32,000 nt of DNA from Thermodesulfobacteriota bacterium. Its GTDB lineage: Bacteria; Desulfobacterota; WTBG01; JAGOGO01. The DNA lies in the NCBI GenBank assembly GCA_026625185.1, contig CP113000.1, forward strand, positions 525,622-557,621, given 5' to 3'. Positions within the stretch are counted from its first letter, which is position 1. Every line of letters starts with the position of its first letter. The notes under the pieces are model-generated. The model had not been told where the DNA came from. It worked only from the letters and a program-made list of their open reading frames with translations, and made no database searches. A program made the position numbers and the translations under genes. This document shows positions 23,870 through 32,000 of the stretch, in pieces.

Positions 23870-24334
23870 ATGTCATGGTCAATGGTGAATTTTGGAAGAC
23901 ACAGCGGCAAATCGCTGCCCCAGGTAATTTTTCAAGATCCTGATTGGTTTTTTTCAGCTTACGAAGAAGGAATGTTTGAAGAACCTCTGAGGCAAGAAGC
24001 GGACGAGATTTACCGCAAAGCCACCTCGATAAGGATACCTCAACCCGGAGTAAAAACCCTTGTTGCTGAATATGGCCCCTCTCCCTTTAAGGATTCTTTT
24101 ATAGATTTAGAATTGGTTCCTCAAAACCAACCTCACCATGCGGATGGCACACTAACTTTTCGCATGGAGGTTATTGACCTTAGTGCGCCAAGAAACTTCA
24201 AAAAGTATCGGCAAATTGGCTGCAAGGCCCTACTTCCAAAAATTAAATTTTATCTTTTTGGAAATTCTCGCTACCGATTAACCAGGAAACGCTGTGAAGA
24301 TTTTTTTAAAGACAATAATAATTTTGCGCTATGA
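23870..24334 (+). CDS. hypothetical protein with an N-terminal FGxHxGKSLPQV...DPDWFF motif
   Basis: The ORF opens at 23783, but the ATG at 23870 follows AGAGGAG. About 154 aa. The N-terminal NFGRHSGKSLPQVIFQDPDWFF resembles the FGKYKGKTL...DPxYLxW motif of DUF3820/ExoX-C-terminal-like domains, which are common in phage and mobile-element proteins (from memory). The gene is AT-rich and isolated between copy 2 of the repeat and a 414-nt AT-rich spacer. Confidence 0.5.
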   Translation: MSWSMVNFGRHSGKSLPQVIFQDPDWFFSAYEEGMFEEPLRQEADEIYRKATSIRIPQPGVKTLVAEYGPSPFKDSFIDLELVPQNQPHHADGTLTFRMEVIDLSAPRNFKKYRQIGCKALLPKIKFYLFGNSRYRLTRKRCEDFFKDNNNFAL

Positions 24335-24748
24335 AGGCACGCCTAAAAATAACCAAAAGGTTTTTTAACTTCTTTTTGTAAAGATCATCTTTTTGCTTTC
24401 TCGGCAAATCTTGTCTTATTCTGACTTTGCTTATCATTGCAGAACGACTTATTTAAAAAATTCAAATTCGGCCCATCTTCATTCCAACATTTTATAAAAG
24501 GTGATACATGAGCAGACAAAAATTATTACGTGTAACGCAGAGTTTGTAAATTTTCCTTACGGCATACGAGAAAATCATTCGCTTATTTCTTTTCAAAAAA
24601 GAACTGGCAAAAATTTAGGCTTAAGGTAAAATTAATAGAACTGAGCCTCTTATGGTGGAGGTGATTTTTGATATTATTTAAAAATGGGAAAGCCGACCAC
24701 CTAAAACCAAGGATGCGCTTTAATGAAGTGAATTCATAAGGTGTTGTA

Positions 24749-25777
24749 ATGGGGAAGAATAATATGAAAAGGTTTGTTAAAAAGGTAGTCTTTGCTATAG
24801 GATTTATAATCATAGTCGTGGGGTTTTTTTTGGCAGGAGGAATAACATATAAGTACGATCGGTTTCAAAAAATCCCTTGGGCAACCCACCTTATTAATCT
24901 TCCTGAACAAACCCATTTTTATCCTGCTCCTCACCAGAATAAGGAACCAATTTTTGAGGCCAAAGAAGTAAACTATCCCTACTTGTTCATAGTCTATGGT
25001 GATTCACGGGAATTAGCTTTTTACGAAAAAACTGCCTTAATTTCTAACATTATCACGGAAAAACCCTCGTTCGTTATCCATCTGGGGGATATGGTTTATT
25101 GTGGTGATCCCCATCAGTGGGAGAACTTTGATTTTTCAGACGGGAACATTATCAAGAATAGCATTCCTTTTTTCCCTGTCCTCGGTAATCATGAATACCG
25201 GAGTCAAAAGGAATGGTATCCACCCAACCCGGAAAAACAGCTACAGTATTATTTTGACCGGTTTAAATTCCTAAAAAATAAACGGTGGTATTCTTTTACT
25301 TTCAATAGCAGCCTTTTTTTAATTCTGGATACAAATACTGATTACTCACCGGGAAGTGAGCAGTATAAATGGTTGATGGATATGCTGAAAAAAAATGCAT
25401 CGCGATTTGTATTTGTCGCCTGTCATCACCCCCCCTATAGCAAAGGATATCATAATCGTGAGGCGGAAAAGTCTTTAGCTCAAATTTTCGAAAAAGGGCC
25501 GATTAAACCGGACATTGTTTTTTCCGGTCACCAACATAACTATGAACGTTACTATCATAATGGCACCTATTACATTGTATCCGGTGGAGGTGGAACAGAA
25601 CAATATACTATTAAGCGCTCACCAAAAGACTTTTATCATCAACCAGGAGAAACGTTTCATTATTGTAAAATTACTTTGTCGGAGACAAACGCTCGGTTTG
25701 AAATGATCAAATTAGAAAAAGATACCGGTGCCTGGAAGGTAGCCGATGCCTTTACCATTTCTAAACCAACACCATGA
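24749..25777 (+). CDS. membrane-anchored calcineurin-like metallophosphoesterase
   Basis: 342 aa with an N-terminal TM helix. It has the phosphoesterase motifs YGDSRE, HLGDMVY, GNHEY, ACHHPPY and SGHQHNYERY. Confidence 0.85.
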   Translation: MGKNNMKRFVKKVVFAIGFIIIVVGFFLAGGITYKYDRFQKIPWATHLINLPEQTHFYPAPHQNKEPIFEAKEVNYPYLFIVYGDSRELAFYEKTALISNIITEKPSFVIHLGDMVYCGDPHQWENFDFSDGNIIKNSIPFFPVLGNHEYRSQKEWYPPNPEKQLQYYFDRFKFLKNKRWYSFTFNSSLFLILDTNTDYSPGSEQYKWLMDMLKKNASRFVFVACHHPPYSKGYHNREAEKSLAQIFEKGPIKPDIVFSGHQHNYERYYHNGTYYIVSGGGGTEQYTIKRSPKDFYHQPGETFHYCKITLSETNARFEMIKLEKDTGAWKVADAFTISKPTP

Positions 25778-26487
25778 AATCAAATAAACCTTCTCTCATC
25801 CTGCGTTCTTTTAACGGCTTAAAAGTTATTAAGAAGAAATGCCCTGTTTCGCTTACCTCCACTCCCCCGGCAAAAGCCAAAAACAATGTAGAGCATTTTC
25901 AAAATCCGGAAAGCGAGCAAGGACTTTTTGAGGAAGCCATGGCGGATGTTACGCCGCTGGCGAGAGATGCCGATAACGAGAAAAAACTTATCATCAAGGA
26001 ACCCGCTGCGCCCGTTACGGTTAGTGATGATCCTACTGCCGAGGTCATCAGCCGGCTTACAAACCTGGTTGAAAAAGGCGAGGGTTTTTTGGTCTCCCAA
26101 ACCCCGGAATATATGGAGGGAATTGGATATAATGTTAAACCGGAAATTGCCGAGCGACTCCACCGTGGAGATTTTGCTCTCGATGCTCATCTCGATTTGC
26201 ATGGATTCAACGTCGAAAAAGCAAAAGAAGTTTTTGATTTTTTCTTAAAAGAGGCAATCCGAACGGGCAAAAAATCAGTTTTAATTGTGCATGGCCGAGG
26301 CCTTTCTTCTCCGGAAGAGCCTGTCCTCAAAACGAAAGTGCGAGAATGGCTTACTCGGGGCTTTTGGCGTAAATGGATTTTGGCCTTTACCAGCGCGCGG
26401 CCTTGTGACGGAGGAGCCGGAGCAACCTATGTGCTCCTCAGGGAACGGCCCTATGCCAAAAGACTCGGCAAAACACGGAATGATTGA
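25774..26487 (+). CDS. Smr-domain endonuclease (SmrB-like architecture)
   Basis: 237 aa. Its start overlaps the upstream stop codon (ATGA at 25774-25777). It has the Smr motifs LDLHG and IVHGRG. The N-terminal LFEEAMADVTPL and LHRGDFALDAHLDLHG parallel E. coli SmrB (LFRQLMAGT..., LRRGDYSPELFLDLHG). Confidence 0.85.
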   Translation: MKSNKPSLILRSFNGLKVIKKKCPVSLTSTPPAKAKNNVEHFQNPESEQGLFEEAMADVTPLARDADNEKKLIIKEPAAPVTVSDDPTAEVISRLTNLVEKGEGFLVSQTPEYMEGIGYNVKPEIAERLHRGDFALDAHLDLHGFNVEKAKEVFDFFLKEAIRTGKKSVLIVHGRGLSSPEEPVLKTKVREWLTRGFWRKWILAFTSARPCDGGAGATYVLLRERPYAKRLGKTRND

Positions 26488-26537
26488 CTTTTAAAATTCA
26501 AAGGCGATAAAAACTAAATAGAACGAAGGAGGGTATT

Positions 26538-27182
26538 ATGGTAAGAGAAAAAAAGCTGAAACCATTAATCTCGTTGGCTCTATTTCTTGTGCTGGTCTTC
26601 TTATCAGCGCTGTCAAGTTGGGCGGCTGAGTTTTCAGCGGACATGATTCAGAAGATGCAGGGCCAGACCCAAACCGGGAAGGTGTTTATTAAGGGTAAAA
26701 AAATGCGAATGGAGATGAACACTCCGGGAAATACGGGAAATAAAATGGTGCACATTATGCTTCCGGAAGAAAATAAGACGATCATAATTATGACCGAAGA
26801 AAAAACGTATATGGAAATGAAAGCCACCAATAACCCGGGTTCTCCTCCCTCCTCAAACAAAGAGGACCTCGAAAAAGTTGCCACCTTTAAGCAATTGGGA
26901 ACAGAGACAATCAACGGCTACCTTTGTGATAGATATCAGGTCATTTTTCATGATAAGAATCAAGGCACCATGACTCAGTGGTATTCAAAAAAGTTAAACT
27001 TTCCAATAAAGATGGTAAGTCAAGGCCCCCAAGGCGAGATAGTCACAGAATATCAAAACATTAAGGAAGACGCCATTCCAGACACAAACTTCCTCATACC
27101 TCCGGATTATCAAAAAATGCCGATGCCGGGCATGGGAGGTCACGGTATGCCTCATGGGATAGAACACCCTGCGGAAGAGTAG
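26538..27182 (+). CDS. secreted DUF4412-like protein with a Met/His-rich C-terminal tail
   Basis: 214 aa. GAAGGAGGG lies upstream and there is a signal peptide (…LSSWA|AE). The body is beta-rich (family call from memory). The tail is MPMPGMGGHGMPHGIEHP. Confidence 0.7.
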   Translation: MVREKKLKPLISLALFLVLVFLSALSSWAAEFSADMIQKMQGQTQTGKVFIKGKKMRMEMNTPGNTGNKMVHIMLPEENKTIIIMTEEKTYMEMKATNNPGSPPSSNKEDLEKVATFKQLGTETINGYLCDRYQVIFHDKNQGTMTQWYSKKLNFPIKMVSQGPQGEIVTEYQNIKEDAIPDTNFLIPPDYQKMPMPGMGGHGMPHGIEHPAEE

Positions 27183-27235
27183 AAAAACCACACTATAATC
27201 CAATAACCTTTTTGATAAATAAAGGAGGATATAAA

Positions 27236-28153
27236 ATGAAGATTAAAACCAAAGACGTCGTTGTTCCTTTAGATGTCCCCAAAAACATAAGGGACAAGTA
27301 TGTTAAAAATTATTTAACCATCACCAGAGAAAGCGGACGGCTCATGCTTTTTGCGGGTGATCAAAAAGTTGAACATTTAAATGATGATTTTTATGGTGAA
27401 GGGATCCACCCTGATGACAATAGGCCTGAACATTTATTCCGAATCGCGAGTAAAGCAAAGATAGGTGTTTTCGCGACCCAGCTCGGACTGATTGCCAGTT
27501 ATGGGATGGATTATCCCAAAGTGCCTTATCTCGTAAAGCTCAATTCCAAAACCCACCTGATCAAGACCGCTCAATCTGATCCCTTTAGCAATGAATTGGT
27601 GAGCGTGGAACAGGTCGTTGAATTTAAAGAAAACAGCGGCCTTAATATCCTTGCGGTCGGGTATACTCTCTATCTCGGAAGCGAATATGAACCGGAAATG
27701 CTGCGTCAAGCGGCGCAGATTATTTATGAAGCCCACCAGCACGGTTTGATCGTTGTTTTATGGATTTATCCGCGCGGCAAGGCGATCAAAGATGAAAAGG
27801 ACCCACATCTCATTGCCGGAGCTACGGGAGTAGCCGCTTGTCTCGGCGCTGATTTTGTTAAGGTCAACTACCCCAAAAAAGAAAGCTGCGAATCAAAAGA
27901 AATTTTTAAAGAAGCAATTTTGGCTGCCGGACGCACAAAAGTCGTGTGCGCAGGTGGAGAGGGTGATGAGGTCAAGGCCTTCCTTTCCAAACTCCATGAT
28001 CAAATTGTTGTCAGTGGGGCAGCCGGCAATGCAACCGGGCGAAACATCCACCAGAAATCTCTTCCGGAAGCGATAAAAATGTGCAATGCCATCTATGCTA
28101 TTACGATTGACGGGAAAAGCGTGGAAGAAGCTTTAAAAATTTATAATGGATAA
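27236..28153 (+). CDS. class I (Schiff-base) aldolase of the DhnA/FbaB-type fructose-bisphosphate aldolase family
   Basis: The ATG at 27236 has AAAGGAGG 7 nt upstream; the track start at 27212 is a TTG. It contains LMLFAGDQKVEH and GADFVKVNYP (candidate Schiff-base Lys) and has a TIM-barrel-like pattern. An ADH-synthase-like alternative cannot be excluded. Confidence 0.8.
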   Translation: MKIKTKDVVVPLDVPKNIRDKYVKNYLTITRESGRLMLFAGDQKVEHLNDDFYGEGIHPDDNRPEHLFRIASKAKIGVFATQLGLIASYGMDYPKVPYLVKLNSKTHLIKTAQSDPFSNELVSVEQVVEFKENSGLNILAVGYTLYLGSEYEPEMLRQAAQIIYEAHQHGLIVVLWIYPRGKAIKDEKDPHLIAGATGVAACLGADFVKVNYPKKESCESKEIFKEAILAAGRTKVVCAGGEGDEVKAFLSKLHDQIVVSGAAGNATGRNIHQKSLPEAIKMCNAIYAITIDGKSVEEALKIYNG

Positions 28154-28214
28154 ATCAATCCGTGTCTTGATAAATTTTATCAAGTGGACGTATTTATATA
28201 AAAATGTTTTTTGA

Positions 28215-28250
28215 CTGGCCCTCCCTGAAAAAGGAAGGACCAGTTTTTTT
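28215..28250 (+). terminator. rho-independent terminator of the aldolase gene
   Basis: CTGGCCCTCCC-tgaaaaa-GGAAGGACCAG is an 11-position stem with 2 mismatches, followed by T7. Confidence 0.65.
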
Positions 28251-28291
28251 ATAAACTCTGTATTACCGGTGGAATGAGGAAAAGCAATCTT

Positions 28292-28405
28292 GATGAATCC
28301 GTAAAAGTCGAAGGTGTCACCCTGAGCTTAGTTCACCCCGAGCTTGTCGAGGGGAAGGGTTAACATAAAAAAACCCACGAATTTTGATTTTTTACGAAGC
28401 CGCCA
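28292..28405 (+). repeat. short (114-bp) variant of the mosaic repeat: same termini, unrelated core
   Basis: It starts GATGAATCCGTAAAAGTC and ends GATTTTTTACGAAGCCGCCA. Its interior is a nested hairpin (ACCCTGAGCTTAGTTCACCCCGAGCTTGTCGAGGGGAAGGGT) that does not occur in the long copies. Its right end is 8 nt from the MscS-family gene stop codon. Confidence 0.7.
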
Positions 28406-28413
28406 GCCTTCGT

Positions 28414-29319
28414 TTATAAACCTGATGGCTTGTCCTTCGCTTGTATGACCACATTCAAGGGAGGCGCCTCGCTCTGTTTATCCTTTCCCAGGAATAAGGT
28501 TAGATGGGGGAAAGGGATCTCGATGTTTTTTTCATCAAATTTTATCTTAAGCCGTCGGTTAAATTCCCGAGCAACACGCCATTGTTTACCTGGCTTGGTT
28601 TTAGTGCGCGCCTTGATGATAACCGATGAGTCCCCGAATTTATCCAAACCAAAAATCTCAATCGGTTCGAAAATATCATCGTGATAGTCTGGATCAGAGC
28701 GAAGAGCTTCATCCACTCCCTTGATTACATCAAAGACCTCATCAACATCCTCACGATAGGCAATGCCGATTTCCAATAGAAAATAAGAATAATCCTTGGT
28801 CTTGTTGGTAACGAGGTTAATTTGCCCGTTAGGAATGTAATGGACATTGCCCGACATATCTCGGAGTATGGTCATTCGTAAATTGATCTTTTCCACCACC
28901 CCGTCTTTACCCGCAATTTCAATCACATCGCCCACGCGAATTTGATCTTCAAAGAGAATAAAAAAACCACTGATAAAATCCTTGACCAAACCTTGAGCGC
29001 CAATCCCAACCGACAACCCAACAACTCCCGCTGCGGTTAGCACCGGGCCGATGGCAATTCCCACCTCCCCCATAACCATAATAGTCGCAACAATAATGAT
29101 AATAATGTTGAAAAAATGCCGGATAACGGAACCCAGGGTTTCAGTCCGTTTTTGAAATTCAATATCGTCTTTGCGTCGCTGAACTACTGAAAATAAACGG
29201 CGTGCCAAGATCTTCGCCGCCTTAAGGGCAATGAGAGCTAAAACGATAATCAAAAGAATCCGTACCCCATGAGAAAGCAACCACGAAGAAATTTCTTTAA
29301 GATAAACATTAATATCCAT
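28414..29319 (-). CDS. MscS-family small-conductance mechanosensitive channel
   Basis: The track start at 29340 is a TTG. The ATG at 29319 has AAGGAG 6 nt upstream. About 301 aa with three N-terminal TM helices and the MscS beta-domain signature (RVGDVIEIAGKDGVVEKINLRMTILRDMSGNVHYIPNGQI). Confidence 0.9.
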   Translation of the reverse strand: MDINVYLKEISSWLLSHGVRILLIIVLALIALKAAKILARRLFSVVQRRKDDIEFQKRTETLGSVIRHFFNIIIIIVATIMVMGEVGIAIGPVLTAAGVVGLSVGIGAQGLVKDFISGFFILFEDQIRVGDVIEIAGKDGVVEKINLRMTILRDMSGNVHYIPNGQINLVTNKTKDYSYFLLEIGIAYREDVDEVFDVIKGVDEALRSDPDYHDDIFEPIEIFGLDKFGDSSVIIKARTKTKPGKQWRVAREFNRRLKIKFDEKNIEIPFPHLTLFLGKDKQSEAPPLNVVIQAKDKPSGL

Positions 29320-29370
29320 TCTTGACTCCTTGGCTCTCAAATATCAATAGAAAGAACTCATCTCGATCTT

Positions 29371-29690
29371 GATGAATCCGTAAAAAGTCAAAAATCAGAC
29401 GGCACAGCGGTAGGGACACGTTGCAACGTGTCCCTACATCAGATGCCTGTCTTCGATCGTTGCTCGGAGGCAAGGCGCGCCTGTCTTTGAGCTTCGCTCG
29501 GAGGCAAATCCGACGGAATGAGGCGTACTTTACCTGTACGCCGCAATGATTCACCCCGTTAAATAAAAATTGGAGATCGGCAACTAAGAACCCGAACCCT
29601 TACCTTGGCTTTTCTGCCTCCGGAAGCAAACATTTAACGGGGCAGGGGATGCAGCGGAACGCAGCAGATGAACTTTTTACGAAGCCGTCA
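29371..29690 (+). repeat. structured mosaic intergenic repeat, long copy 3 (320 bp)
   Basis: It has the same termini and core as the other long copies. It also contains a nested 28-bp perfect palindrome, GTAGGGACACGTTGCAACGTGTCCCTAC (29410-29437). A 29-nt unit is tandemly duplicated with a 34-nt period (29445-29473 and 29479-29507). Its last 3 nt (TCA) are the malQ stop codon on the other strand. Confidence 0.85.
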
Positions 29691-31181
29691 GGCCCGCCCG
29701 TAAATCTCCGTCATTTCCCGGAGACTTTTTGCCAGCGAAGGGTTTAAGTGATCCGGCAAGAGTTTCCATTCCCAGTTTCCGGTCAGCGTAGAGGGTGTAT
29801 TCATCCGCGCTTCTTCGTCTAAACCCAAAATATCCTGCATGGGGGTTATAATGGTATTTGCGGATGACATCATTAAAATACGAATCATTTCCCAGTTAAG
29901 CTCATTTATAGGAACTTCACGCCCTAAGTACTGGAACAACCTTTTTTTGTCTTCAGGTGTCGCTTCCGTGTCAAACCAACCTCGAATCGTATTGTTATCA
30001 TGAGTGCCGGTATAGGCAACACAGTTTTTGGGGAGGTTGTGGGGAATGTAAGGATTGAAGGGCAAATCGTCTCCAAAGGCAAAAAGAAGAATTTTCATGC
30101 CCGGAAACTCAAAGTAATTCATAACCTCCCTGACATCCGGAGTAATGATCCCGAGATCCTCAGCGATAATCGGCAGGCGCGCAAATTTTCTCGTTAACCG
30201 GGTAAAAAAATCCATTGCCGGAGCTTCCTCCCATCGCCCATTGACAGCGGTTTTTTCTTCCACCGGGATTTCCCAGTAACCTATAAAACCCCGGAAGTGA
30301 TCGATGCGAATAAAATCAAATTTTTTTAAATTATAGGCAATTCTCTCAATCCACCAGCCATACCCATTCCGCTTAAGCACGTCCCATTTATAAATCGGAT
30401 TACCCCAGCGCTGTCCCGTCTTACTAAAATAATCGGGAGGGACACCGGCAACAACCAAGGGCCGTTTGTTTTCGTCAAGTTTGAAAAATTCGGGATGGCT
30501 CCACACATCGACGCTGTCGTGTTGGACATAAATGGGAATATCACCAATAACCTGAACGTTCTTTTGGTAACAATATTCTTTGAGAGCGCTCCACTGTTTG
30601 GAAAAAATGTATTGGAGAAATTTTTCGCGATTAATGGTATCGATAAGTTCTTGTTGAGCTAATTGAAGAGCCGCAGGGTTTCTATCCCGCAGGTCTTGCG
30701 GCCACTCACTCCATGCCCTTCCCTCAAAATGTAATTTGAGCGCTGCGAAAAGAGAAAAGTCATTGAGCCACCGACTCTCCTGCGCACAAAATCGTTCGTA
30801 GTCATCATCACGTTTGGCTTTAAACCGTTCATAGGCTTTTTGAAAAAGGATTCCCTTAAAATCAATCACCCTTTGGTAGTCCACCGTATTTATCGGAAAA
30901 TCCGGCAAAGGCTCAAATTCAATCTTATCGAGCAATTCTTCCTTGACTAAAAGCGAAGGGCTTATCAATAAAGGATTACCCGCAAAAGCTGAGGTGCTGT
31001 GATAAGGAGAATTATAGTATATTGGCTCAGTGGGATTGAGGGGAAGGATCTGCCAGAAACTTTGTTTTGCTTCAACCAGAAAGTCGACAAAACCATACGC
31101 TTCGGGCCCCAGGTCGCCAATCCCAAAGGGAGAAGGAAGAGATGTTAGGTGAAGAAGAATTCCACTTCCGCGTCGCTTCAC
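29688..31181 (-). CDS. malQ: 4-alpha-glucanotransferase (amylomaltase, GH77)
   Basis: 497 aa with a GTG start. N-terminus is RGSGILLHLTSLPSPFGIGDLGPEAY. GH77 motifs present: QILPLNPT, SPYHSTSAFAGNPLLISP, IDHFRGF, IIAEDLG, YTGTHDN. Confidence 0.93.
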   Translation of the reverse strand: MKRRGSGILLHLTSLPSPFGIGDLGPEAYGFVDFLVEAKQSFWQILPLNPTEPIYYNSPYHSTSAFAGNPLLISPSLLVKEELLDKIEFEPLPDFPINTVDYQRVIDFKGILFQKAYERFKAKRDDDYERFCAQESRWLNDFSLFAALKLHFEGRAWSEWPQDLRDRNPAALQLAQQELIDTINREKFLQYIFSKQWSALKEYCYQKNVQVIGDIPIYVQHDSVDVWSHPEFFKLDENKRPLVVAGVPPDYFSKTGQRWGNPIYKWDVLKRNGYGWWIERIAYNLKKFDFIRIDHFRGFIGYWEIPVEEKTAVNGRWEEAPAMDFFTRLTRKFARLPIIAEDLGIITPDVREVMNYFEFPGMKILLFAFGDDLPFNPYIPHNLPKNCVAYTGTHDNNTIRGWFDTEATPEDKKRLFQYLGREVPINELNWEMIRILMMSSANTIITPMQDILGLDEEARMNTPSTLTGNWEWKLLPDHLNPSLAKSLREMTEIYGRA

Positions 31182-31213
31182 GATGATTTTTTCCTCATAC
31201 CATTTTCACTCAC

Positions 31214-32000
31214 TCACTGTACCAAAAGCGTGAGCTTGTCGCACAAGGACCTAAAAATAATTACCCATTCTTGAACGCTCTTATCATGCTGTGCTTTTTC
31301 GCGCACTGTGGGATAAAGATTCTGAAGTAAATCATAAAAAAGATTTTGAATCTTCCACAGATCTACGGTAAAGGGCAACAAAGGCAACAGGTCCAAGCCA
31401 GTATCCAGTTTTTTAAGGAAAGAAACCTCAAGGGGGTTTTTAGAAAGCTGTTCGGCCATCTCGTCGAAGTTTTTCCTCAACGAATATTCCAGGGTTTCTG
31501 CATAAAGCGTTACCCCTTCTATCTTCGCTTCCTCAAGGAGATCCTTGATAGATTTCGGATTCAGGTCTTCATTCTCGAGAGCCTGACGAAGACCGGCATT
31601 TAAGACCAGCTCTGCCGCAGCATAAAGGGCCTTGGGAGCGGGGATGCCGGCATCTTTAAGAAAACGCATTAAAGGCACATGGTCTTCATAGAGTTCATGA
31701 TAATATGACTCAGCATCAGCTAACGTTGACCCCAAAATTGAGTCCAGAATTGCCCGCTGTTCATCCCGAAAAAGAGACCTCAAGGAATAGATTGAAATCC
31801 CTAAATATTTATCTAATACCCGAACCACCTCCGGTAAATTCCCGCGCTTAAAAGCATCGAATGCCTCTTGTACCAAAGCCTGATAGATGCCCTCTTCCTG
31901 GTATTCTCGCACCCCACAGCTTAAATTGTGATCCCCAAAGTGAATAACTCCAAAGGTCAGGCGGGTTTTTTCGCTGCTTATCTCAGACGTAATCCACACG
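31214..32000 (-). CDS. C-terminal portion (DUF3536-like) of a GH57-family glycoside hydrolase; 5' end lies beyond the window
   Basis: The frame is open to the window edge. The sequence (FGVIHFGDHNLSCGV..., LRSLFRDEQRAILD, HVPLMRFLKDAGIPAPKAL) matches my memory of the DUF3536 domain found at the C-terminus of GH57 enzymes. It lies directly upstream of malQ on the same strand. Confidence 0.7.
   Translation of the reverse strand, partial: VWITSEISSEKTRLTFGVIHFGDHNLSCGVREYQEEGIYQALVQEAFDAFKRGNLPEVVRVLDKYLGISIYSLRSLFRDEQRAILDSILGSTLADAESYYHELYEDHVPLMRFLKDAGIPAPKALYAAAELVLNAGLRQALENEDLNPKSIKDLLEEAKIEGVTLYAETLEYSLRKNFDEMAEQLSKNPLEVSFLKKLDTGLDLLPLLPFTVDLWKIQNLFYDLLQNLYPTVREKAQHDKSVQEWVIIFRSLCDKLTLLVQ

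Noticed and set aside
7767-29690. Whether the dispersed repeats could be a CRISPR array or its remnants
   Set aside because: The copies are 250-320 bp, kilobases apart, internally structured and not separated by regular short spacers. No cas genes are present.

Overview
Chromosomal window from a Gram-negative bacterium with roughly 35-47% GC by 60-nt spot counts. The taxon is uncertain; the gene content looks like an anaerobic Desulfobacterota- or Nitrospirota-type genome. All calls rest on motifs recognised by eye and from memory, since no database search or folding program was available.

Gene content, left to right:
- A compositionally distinct four-gene glycan operon (563-6742): GT4 plus helical domain, GT4 plus PMI-type cupin, and two GH130 proteins.
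- A Cys-rich zinc-ribbon gene followed by an unannotated 26-aa Cys-rich sORF.
- Housekeeping and envelope genes: mutM, a LapA-like protein, an M24 peptidase, a putative OM beta-barrel, a DUF748/AsmA-like giant protein, and a DUF3300 protein with a glycine-zipper lipoprotein.
- DUF4197, then a 5'-truncated IS3-family remnant.
- aqpZ with a CmpX-like membrane protein, then exported msrAB.
- An AT-rich islet with one orphan gene.
- A metallophosphoesterase translationally coupled to an SmrB-like gene, then DUF4412 and a class I aldolase.
- An MscS-family channel, malQ, and the 3' part of a GH57/DUF3536 gene that runs off the right edge.

Two things stand out:
- Repeat family: a family of highly structured, inverted-repeat-bounded mosaic intergenic repeats that I cannot assign to a known class. 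It has three long copies of 253-320 bp, one 114-bp short form and one related hairpin module. REP-like GTAG...CTAC palindromes are nested inside. Three of the four copies sit 0-8 nt from the stop codon of a minus-strand gene, and one of them supplies the malQ stop codon.
- Glycan operon: the GT4/GT4-cupin/GH130/GH130 operon has unusual domain fusions and a sharp GC discontinuity.

No CRISPR array, rRNA or intact tRNA was seen.
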